From: an uncultured virus (IMG/VR IMGVR_UViG_3300044953_000168)
Lineage: Duplodnaviria > Heunggongvirae > Uroviricota > Caudoviricetes
Length of the DNA: 64,000 nucleotides
Strand: one strand, 5' to 3'
Virus record (IMG/VR): IMGVR_UViG_3300044953_000168
Position 1 is the stretch's first letter. Each line of letters begins with the position of its first letter. The notes below the pieces were generated by a model. That model was not told where the DNA came from, did no database searches, and was given only the letters and a program-made list of their open reading frames with translations. Below are positions 1 through 8,300 of the stretch, piece after piece. The position numbers and the translations under genes were made by a program.

Positions 1-9
1 TAACGTAAC

Positions 10-429
10 ATGACCAAGACAGAACTACCCCAAGAAGTAAAGACCCTAATAGAAAATGCCAAGGCAGGAGGACACAGCGTTTATTCTTTAAATATAGCTG
101 GTGTGAAGTACTACTACCGCTCAATCACTCGAGCGGAGTTCCGAGACCTACAGCAGAAGCTTACTAAGGATGCTGAGGAAGTAAAGAAGAAATTTGATGC
201 TTTGAAGAAGGATATACCTGAAAAGGATCCAAGAATGGAAGACATCAACATGCAGTTTGAGGCTGAAGCCAATATCCTAAAGGAGAAAGGCGAGGAGCGC
301 CTAGTAGCAGTAGGACTACTCTATCCGGCAATAACACAGAACACCCCTGCAGGTATCGTACCGACTATATCCGATCAGATAATGTTCGGCTCTGGTTACG
401 GTAATGAGGAGGAGCCAGAAGTCCTCTGA
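10..429 (+). CDS. Putative tail assembly chaperone (139 aa)
   Basis: Small charged protein with YYYRSITRAEF (R-x-[LI]-T-x-x-E) and a PAGIVPTISDQIM-type end, directly upstream of tape-measure-like genes. Confidence 0.5.
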   Translation: MTKTELPQEVKTLIENAKAGGHSVYSLNIAGVKYYYRSITRAEFRDLQQKLTKDAEEVKKKFDALKKDIPEKDPRMEDINMQFEAEANILKEKGEERLVAVGLLYPAITQNTPAGIVPTISDQIMFGSGYGNEEEPEVL

Positions 430-433
430 TGTA

Positions 434-1045
434 ATGGCTAGTAAAATACTTGACCTCCCATCAGCTGAGAAGCTGTTCCGTACAAAGATAGAGTACGGAC
501 AGCTTTTCTTGTTTAGTACTAAAGAATTCTACTGTATCTTCCGACCCCTAACAGTAGCGGAGTCAGAGGCTATAGTAGGGTTAAATAAAAAAATACATGA
601 AACAACGATAGAAGACTGGATCTTCTCAACCTGCTATGTGATAGGGTCTGCTAGTCTGTCCCATCTTCTTGATCACTCAAAGTATAAGTTTGTATCCTTA
701 GTTGCAAATAAAATTATGATTCTTTCTAATATACAAGAAGAGAAGGACTACAAGCATGCCGTTCACCAGGAACGTGAAAAAGTTAATACTGTGCAAAGTA
801 TAGTAGAGATACTTATTAATAAAGGATACAGCGCTTACTCTGTTAATGATATAAAAAACATGACACAACTAAAACAGTTCCAGCTACTGGCTCGAGCTGA
901 AGTTATTACTAAGGAAAGTCTCGACCTGGGAGACAAGAAGGACCGTAAAGCACAGCTGCGCGCCTTTACAGAAGGAGCGACTGTTCTAGGAGGAGACATA
1001 AGCTCTCCTGAAGCTGCGGACAAGCCTGATTTTAATAACCTATAA
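434..1045 (+). CDS. Second tail assembly chaperone-like protein (likely paralog of 10-429)
   Basis: The ORF track starts at 404, but the in-frame ATG at 434, just after the previous stop, is the more plausible start. CIFRPLTVAE mirrors YYRSITRAE of the upstream gene. Confidence 0.45.
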   Translation: MASKILDLPSAEKLFRTKIEYGQLFLFSTKEFYCIFRPLTVAESEAIVGLNKKIHETTIEDWIFSTCYVIGSASLSHLLDHSKYKFVSLVANKIMILSNIQEEKDYKHAVHQEREKVNTVQSIVEILINKGYSAYSVNDIKNMTQLKQFQLLARAEVITKESLDLGDKKDRKAQLRAFTEGATVLGGDISSPEAADKPDFNNL

Positions 1046-4000
1046 TGGCAGACGGCAACTACCTTAATGAGCGTCGTGAGGCGGAACAGCTAAATTCTAT
1101 AGAACAGAATCGTTCTTGGCTCACGTACATGGCGGCAGGCCTGGGCACTATTGCATTAGGTGGTCTGCTTCTAAAAAGTAGAATTGCTACAGGCAATACT
1201 CCGCTATCTAATCTATTTAACTTCCTAGGACTGCCTCGAGGTATAAAACTCTCGGACGTAGCCGCGAACACAGGGGCTGCAGCTGCTAGGTCAAATACTA
1301 CAGGTATTAGGTCTATACTTAACGCAACATTTGATGTTAAGAAAAATAGCTTAGTACTAGGTCCCATAGACATCGTAGGAGACCTGCGGAACTCCATAGA
1401 AGCTATAGGCATCAATACAAGCAACAAAGAGATAGCAGACCACATTGCAGAAAAAACTACGGAATATATTAACAGACGCTTCGCTGGCGGAGGCAACAAT
1501 GTAGGCTACTTTACTCGAGACCTAGAGAGAGTTACTATTCAGCAGGTAATGGATGATCAAGTTACCTGGAGAAAAATACTAGGTACTGAGCAAGTAGACA
1601 TATTGGAGAACGCAGTTGGCCGAGGGCTCCTAAGCAAGTCACATGTATTAGATCAAAAGATATTCTTTAATAGGAATACTAGAGAGGTCCTAGACTTTAG
1701 ATTAAGAAACCTAAGCAGTAAGCTAGTAGAGGGGGAAGGTGGGACGCTTACTAGGTCCTTCCGTTTTGATATGTTCGGTCAAGGAAAGGTAGTAGATTCC
1801 TTGATCGGCGGAGCAGGCGAAAGAAGCATCGCTGTCATTGGCCCTGGAGAAGGGTACAGGGGCAGTCGAATGTTTATAGATGGACGTACGTACGGATACA
1901 TAAAGGGAGCCGATGGCAAATATGCTCCCACATTGCTCAGTGAAGGCAGGAAGCTAAGAAGAACAGGAGATCCTCTTGAGCTGATAACTGCTTCTAGAGA
2001 AGGCAGGCTAGATATAAATCTACCTACGAGATCTGGGATAAAGACTCCTCTTGGCTGGATGGAGGAGAACCTAGGTATAGGTCCGGCCTATGCTACTCGT
2101 TTTAATCCAATAGAAAGATGGATCATTAACCCAATTAAACGAGCAAGGGCGCTGGCCACGGGGAGAGGAGTGGTTGTCAGAAATCCATTTGCACCTATAT
2201 CTGGAGGCAACAAAGGATTCGATGCTGTCTTTGGAGCAGACCTGCCAGAGCTAGTGGCAGGACGCGGAGTTAAGCCTGTGGCAGGTGGCGGCGCTACTGT
2301 CCCATTTAGCTCTCTCGGTCCAATACAGCGCCTAGGGGTAATATTTGACCTGTTAAGCAACTACAGTGTTGTGAAGAGCTCATCCCAGACGGCGTTTAGA
2401 AGAAACATAAGAAAAGCACTCGTAGGCTCAGATCTAGTCGTGCCTCCTAAGCTTGGCTCCGTCGTTGTACGTGGAAAAACAATTCCATCTAATTCTGCAG
2501 TCAATACTCTAACGGATATATCCAAAGACGAGCTTACTGCTACAGGCCACAGGTCTATTACTTCTAGATACAACTACTATGATGTACCAGCTAGTCGTGC
2601 AGCAGACATAAAAGACTTTTCAGTATATATGCTGCACAGACTTAATAGTCTGTTCTCTGAGTCATTTTTAGGAATAGCAATGCGTCCTGACCACAGACTA
2701 TCTGTGAACATAGCAAGGGCTGCAATGATTCCTGTTGTGTATGAAGCAGGAAAACAGGCTGTGTCATACGCTGACTACGTCACGGAAAGTCTTACAGGTA
2801 TATCTCCTATAAAAACAGTAGCTAGTATCTATGCAGGTGCTCGGCTGGCCCAGCAAAAAATAAGAGAACTTATAGGTATACAGCCTGCGGCTAAGTTCCT
2901 GGACACCTACTTTCCAGGTTCCGTAAACTCTGAGGGAAGCTTCCTGGCGAGAAGTCTTGTAGCCCCGTTAGCTGTCGCTAGCATGTTCCTAAGGACAGGA
3001 CGATTTACTCAAGCGGCCCTAGGGGCAGCGGTTACCTACGCAGCGATAGGCGGCCCTGATCCTGGGCAGACAGCGTCAGACTTGTACGATGAGTACTCTG
3101 GCGAGAAAAAGGTCCCAGTAAGAAAGGGGAGACTTTGGGGATTGGGATACACTCCATTCTTTGGAGGTAAGCCTGACAGATACGAATCTAGCTGGTACGC
3201 AAAATTAACGTCTGACTATAGAGACAACTCAATTTACGGATCAGAAACAGAATACTGGAGATACCATGCTAATGTATTTGGTATACCTTTCCCCACTCCG
3301 TCTAACCTGTTTGGTCTCTTAAACATATTAAATCCATATAGGCTGGAAAAACAGCACCTAGAGGACAGACCATATCCTGTAACTTCTTCTCCGCTTAATA
3401 GCTTTCCTATAATTGGTCCGATACTAGGAGCGACGGTTGGTCAGCTATTTAAGCCTAACAGGTATACAGCCCCGACTACCCTACCCTTGGTGGAGGCTGG
3501 GCTGGCCGAGAGAGGTCTTACACCTAGCCATGCAAGAATGCTAGGTATACCGGCCATGAATGCTACCTCGCAGGAAGCTGAGGACCCTGCTACGGCGCTG
3601 AATATACTGGCTAGACAAGCGAACATTGCTACTGAGCCTGTAGGTATATACAAGTTCGTAATGGAATTCTTCGGTGTTAAGCTGTCCCCTGGGGTGGGAA
3701 CTCAGTATGCGGATAGCAACATGATGCAGGATCCCGGTAGAGCTCTGTACGACATGAATATAGGAGGAATGTTTGGTCAAACGGAAATGATCCGAAGATT
3801 CCTCGTTAACGACTATAGCTCTGCATACAGAAGATCCGCAGCAGTGAACACAATAAGAAATAACATGCCGCGCTGGCTCCCTGGGGCCTTCTCTGAGAAT
3901 AAGTCAGATCAGGGATACTTCCTAGATTTCACTCAGGGAGATCCTTACGTGAAGATAGAAGACGGGGAAGCTCGGCTACCTGGAGCCGGATACGAATCGC

Positions 4001-5304
4001 TAAACAAGCTGCACTCTGGACGAGCAGGTGTATATGACGATGTCGATAGGTTCTTAATACTATCTGACGTAGCGCCTTACAGCTCTGCATACAGAACCTA
4101 TGAGCAAAGGGTAATGTCTATGGAGCTCGACGACACTTGGCGAGCTAAGGTGGACCGTGCGATCGCCAATCGTAAAGAAGTGGTAGGTGTAGACACAAGA
4201 TACAAGAGATACGAAGAAGATATAGTAGCGCTTAATATGAACACCATAGCAGGCGCGGTATATGCTCCTTTAAGGAAGGCCTATGACTTCTTAACACACG
4301 ACATACTAGCCGAGATACCGCTGGCGGGAAGCAAGCTGTTCCCATTCCGCAGCCCACTGGAGCAGTATAGAAAGACATATGTTGAAGGAGCAGAGTACGC
4401 CTCATGGGATAGACCATACGAAGATATAGTACGTCCAGCAATCTATGACATGGCTTTAAGTAATCCGTTAATGGCGGCTGCTAAAGGTTTCGGTGTAGGG
4501 TACTTAGCTAGTGGTCCTATGAGGTGGTTTACTCCAGCTAAGATACTGACCAACAACTCTGCGACTCCATATATAGGGGCAGCAGTGGGTGCTGGCCTTA
4601 GTACAGCCAGAATCTTGTCCCTTAATTCAGAAGACATGATTCCTTACCATGTCCAAAGAGAACAGGAAGCTATGCAGTACATGGATAGCATTAACTACAT
4701 AAAAGGCAGGTTGGTTGGAGGAGCAGGAGGTCCAGGAGGGTCCTCTATGAGAACAATGATGGGAGCAACCAATGCTATCCAGTACCGGTCTGCCCTTCCT
4801 CGGTCTGCGGACAAAAGATATTTTGATTACTTTGCAAGCCAGACTGATGAGTCATTAAGATCGCAAATAATGCACAGTGTTCCCGAGCATATGCAGCGGG
4901 GGCTCTCTATGGCTTGGGATAACGATTTTTACAACAATCAAGAATCTGATGCTCTGGCCCTCAACTTTATTAAGTCCCAAAAGATCCCTGACGACTCCTG
5001 GATAGGCTGGAGCCCCGAAGTATCCGCTGCGGCTACAAGACTAAGATTTGTGGAACATGGCTTAAATGGAATCTCAGACAACATACACAGGTTCGGATTC
5101 TATGAGTCGCACGAGGTCGATATGAAGACTAGACTCAGAGACTTCCGTAATCAAGAAATTAACTTTGTTCAGTCCCCAACCTACGGTAGCTTCGACTCCT
5201 TCCTACAAGACAAGATTGCAGGTGTCTCTGGAGGAAGGGTGAGAATGAGAAGATACTCTACTCCTTATGGGGCCAGAAGAGACATAGACTACATAACAGA
5301 ATAA
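1045..5304 (+). CDS. Tape-measure-like / DNA-ejection membrane protein (1419 aa)
   Basis: Follows the chaperone-like genes. Gly/Ala/Arg-rich with several hydrophobic segments (WLTYMAAGLGTIALGGLLL; LVAPLAVASMF...AALGAAVTYAAIGG; YIGAAVGAGLS). TAATG-coupled. Confidence 0.5.
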   Translation: MADGNYLNERREAEQLNSIEQNRSWLTYMAAGLGTIALGGLLLKSRIATGNTPLSNLFNFLGLPRGIKLSDVAANTGAAAARSNTTGIRSILNATFDVKKNSLVLGPIDIVGDLRNSIEAIGINTSNKEIADHIAEKTTEYINRRFAGGGNNVGYFTRDLERVTIQQVMDDQVTWRKILGTEQVDILENAVGRGLLSKSHVLDQKIFFNRNTREVLDFRLRNLSSKLVEGEGGTLTRSFRFDMFGQGKVVDSLIGGAGERSIAVIGPGEGYRGSRMFIDGRTYGYIKGADGKYAPTLLSEGRKLRRTGDPLELITASREGRLDINLPTRSGIKTPLGWMEENLGIGPAYATRFNPIERWIINPIKRARALATGRGVVVRNPFAPISGGNKGFDAVFGADLPELVAGRGVKPVAGGGATVPFSSLGPIQRLGVIFDLLSNYSVVKSSSQTAFRRNIRKALVGSDLVVPPKLGSVVVRGKTIPSNSAVNTLTDISKDELTATGHRSITSRYNYYDVPASRAADIKDFSVYMLHRLNSLFSESFLGIAMRPDHRLSVNIARAAMIPVVYEAGKQAVSYADYVTESLTGISPIKTVASIYAGARLAQQKIRELIGIQPAAKFLDTYFPGSVNSEGSFLARSLVAPLAVASMFLRTGRFTQAALGAAVTYAAIGGPDPGQTASDLYDEYSGEKKVPVRKGRLWGLGYTPFFGGKPDRYESSWYAKLTSDYRDNSIYGSETEYWRYHANVFGIPFPTPSNLFGLLNILNPYRLEKQHLEDRPYPVTSSPLNSFPIIGPILGATVGQLFKPNRYTAPTTLPLVEAGLAERGLTPSHARMLGIPAMNATSQEAEDPATALNILARQANIATEPVGIYKFVMEFFGVKLSPGVGTQYADSNMMQDPGRALYDMNIGGMFGQTEMIRRFLVNDYSSAYRRSAAVNTIRNNMPRWLPGAFSENKSDQGYFLDFTQGDPYVKIEDGEARLPGAGYESLNKLHSGRAGVYDDVDRFLILSDVAPYSSAYRTYEQRVMSMELDDTWRAKVDRAIANRKEVVGVDTRYKRYEEDIVALNMNTIAGAVYAPLRKAYDFLTHDILAEIPLAGSKLFPFRSPLEQYRKTYVEGAEYASWDRPYEDIVRPAIYDMALSNPLMAAAKGFGVGYLASGPMRWFTPAKILTNNSATPYIGAAVGAGLSTARILSLNSEDMIPYHVQREQEAMQYMDSINYIKGRLVGGAGGPGGSSMRTMMGATNAIQYRSALPRSADKRYFDYFASQTDESLRSQIMHSVPEHMQRGLSMAWDNDFYNNQESDALALNFIKSQKIPDDSWIGWSPEVSAAATRLRFVEHGLNGISDNIHRFGFYESHEVDMKTRLRDFRNQEINFVQSPTYGSFDSFLQDKIAGVSGGRVRMRRYSTPYGARRDIDYITE

Positions 5305-5305
5305 G

Positions 5306-8300
5306 ATGACTAGCTCTGATAACCCTATACATAATACTATTACTGACGTCTTAGGACTCGGCCGTAAGCCAGCTACCTTTGCCGAAAAAATTGACCGACT
5401 AAGAGGTATACTTACTACAGGTGGAGTAGACTACACTAAGGCACACTATGTAGATGTTCTCCGTGCGGAACAAGGGATGACCCTTGTAGAAGGAAGCCGT
5501 AAGTATGTTACTAGGGAAGAAAAAGTAGCACTAGTTTCCCGTCTTGAGGCGGAGGGAAGACTTCCTTGGAGCGGGCAAGGAGTGTCAGAGGCAGATATCC
5601 TATATTATAACGATACTACCAAAAGGCTGCTGCGGTCCCATACAGGAGGAACTAAGATTTTTCATGTTCCTACTTTAGGAGAAGATGGAATTGTTTATCT
5701 CAATGGTAGGCCCAGGAAAGCTTTGGGAATCATGTCTGGGGATAAACTTGGAAAGTTTAGTTTTGAGTCTAATATAACCAGTATATACTTAGGAGCATCC
5801 GGTCAGCTTAGTAAGCTAGGAAAGGCTATATTTGATAAACAAGGAGAAAGAAGACTACCTCTGGTGGTAGCTAGTCCAGTATTTAGAGGAGTACTCCACA
5901 GCAGTGAAGCGTCCTGGACCTCAAATAGTTTTCTAGCCCTACATAGTGCAATAGCTGGTACTCCTCTCTATGGTGCGATAGCAGGTAGAGATGTAGCTAG
6001 TAAGGCCCTCACAATATTGACTAGGAGCGGCGTAATTTCTAAAGAGCTAAGAAACCTAAAAGGTAGCAGGAACGTGGCTGAGGCCTTTGCTCATATAGAT
6101 CAGCTCAGAGAGGACTTTATTGGCACTCTGACTGGATTTTTAAGAGACACAGGTACTCTAGGTACTTACCCATATATCAAGCCTGAGAAAATGGGCAACA
6201 CCCCACATCTAGTAGTTGGCGGCGAGATGCTCGGTAGACTCTACGGTACGCAGTTCGAAGAGCGAGCTGCTACGAAGGGCCTGTTCCAGCTCGCCCACTT
6301 GAGCGATACTACTGGGGCGCAGCTTCGTGCAGCCAAGAGTATGGGGATAAGTCCTTATGCCGCTTTCTTGGTCGAAGGACAAGCAAGGTCTGAGATATAT
6401 AGGAAGAATCGCATACTGAAAGTAGCTGTTATAGATTCTCCCAGTGCAGCTGTATCAGATGCCGTGTTCGGTGACTCTGGCTCTTTCCTAACTGACGTTG
6501 GTCGTAGTACCCTAAAGCACCGAGCTCATACTGGTGCTATAAAGATTAACTCACCTTCTGATGAAGTGATTGCTGCTGTGGAACGCCTGTTTGGCGTCAA
6601 TCTGGCGGATGGCAGGGTACAGACCTCAGTTGGAGCCAAGCTAAGGTTCACAAAGGCGCAGGTCGTACGTGGTGGTAGAAGGACAGACCCAAAGCACAAG
6701 CCAAATCTGACAGAAGTAGAACAGGATATAAAGCTTGTCTTAGGAGCGGCAGGAAGACGTAAGTACAAGGGCTTTATAGAGCAGCTTGCTGAAGGAGGAT
6801 CGGTACTTGATAAGATCGAACTTACGGACACCAGCCTATCTTTAGATTTCCTTTCTTTGCAGGCCAGGAACACCGAGACAGTTAGTATGGTAGTCTCTGG
6901 TGTGAGAACAACTGCAGCAGGTATAGGCCCTGGGCATGTACTAGAAGGTGCAGATTTTAAAGGGGCACAGATGGTGATGGCCGCGGAAGACTTCGTGAAA
7001 GTTCACGGGCCACATGCCTTCCTAAGTAACTTTGTAGGATTCGCAAATGAAGAAAGTAATCCAGCCGAAATATTCAGAAGAGTATTCGGGATGGATGCGG
7101 AGTCAGCTCCTTTAAATGGAGAACGAAGATACTTCATTCCAAGAATGAAGAACGTAGATACGGGGTATGCCCAGCTCAGGGCTGCCATCGAGAATGGCAC
7201 TATTTCTCCACAGCTAGCGGATAAGGTACTACACGGGGCTGAGGTGGGCGCCGTACAGATGGGCAAAGGAGTACAGGGCGTAGCTAGAATAATGTACCTT
7301 ACTGGTAGTATCCGTACTGATCAAACTATGGATATTAACATGTTTAATCCAGTAAGAATTACTCCTTCTAAGATGAGAATAATGGCGAGAGGCTCAGGGA
7401 GCCTAGGGTATAGTCACGCCATGCATAATCCTCTATACTCTATTTTTGTTAATAGTGATACGACGTGGAGGAGCGGAAAAGTCTTTGTTGATAGAGCAGG
7501 TAGGGTACAGTTAAATAAGACTAGTCACTCTTTAAGACAGATGGCCACGGTACTTAAAGGGGGAGCGTTGCCTAGAAACGCAGCCGTTGTTACTATGAAT
7601 GGTAAAAACCTCATGCTAGGGGGCGTGAAGCTAAATCCCATTCCTGCGGCCGTACATCTATTTGGTACTTATAGTGGCGGAGTTAGCCTAGACGATCTAA
7701 AAGGGACCATCCTAGACAGAAAACTACTCAAGCATAAAGTCCTATACCTAGATATGGGGGCCGAAAAGCAGGTTTCGATCCTAGGACGACAAACAAAATT
7801 AAGGTATCTTCCGATTCCACTTGACTGGCTAAGAGCAGCCAAAGGGGCACACGGGAGAATTAGAATAGATAAGACTCACCCTTCTTATGAGGTGATAAAC
7901 AGCCTAACAAAGCTGCAGCTTGCCCTAAATGTTGGACTTAAAAATCCAGAGAACAATATGGTAGGCAATACTTACGAGGAATTCCTAAAAGCCCTCCCAG
8001 GTAGGGAAGGACTCCTGGCTCGTAAGAGTACAATCCTCATGCGTGCGGGCACCAGGGCGCGACTGTCGCCTCACTACCAGGAGTTCTTCTCCGCAGAAGA
8101 CTTACTAGATCCACAAAAACTATTTCATGGATTTATGTCCAATGCTTCTTTTGAAGATTATATGGCCCGTAAATCTGGGCTTATGACAAACGCTCAGGTA
8201 GACAGAATATATAAGTCTATAGAAAAAAAGGGATACTTCTTTGCTGCAGTTGGCGTAGATCCTATGCAGCGAACTGAGCATATGATGCTTAGAAAGATAT

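Noticed and set aside
404..434. Classical -1 programmed frameshift between the tail chaperone genes
   Set aside because: The downstream ORF is in the +1/-2 frame, no slippery heptamer is visible, and it has its own ATG at 434.
3817..4096. 16-bp direct repeat AGCTCTGCATACAGAA (3817 and 4081)
   Set aside because: Both copies encode SSAYR in the same ORF; only two copies with no array or att-like context.
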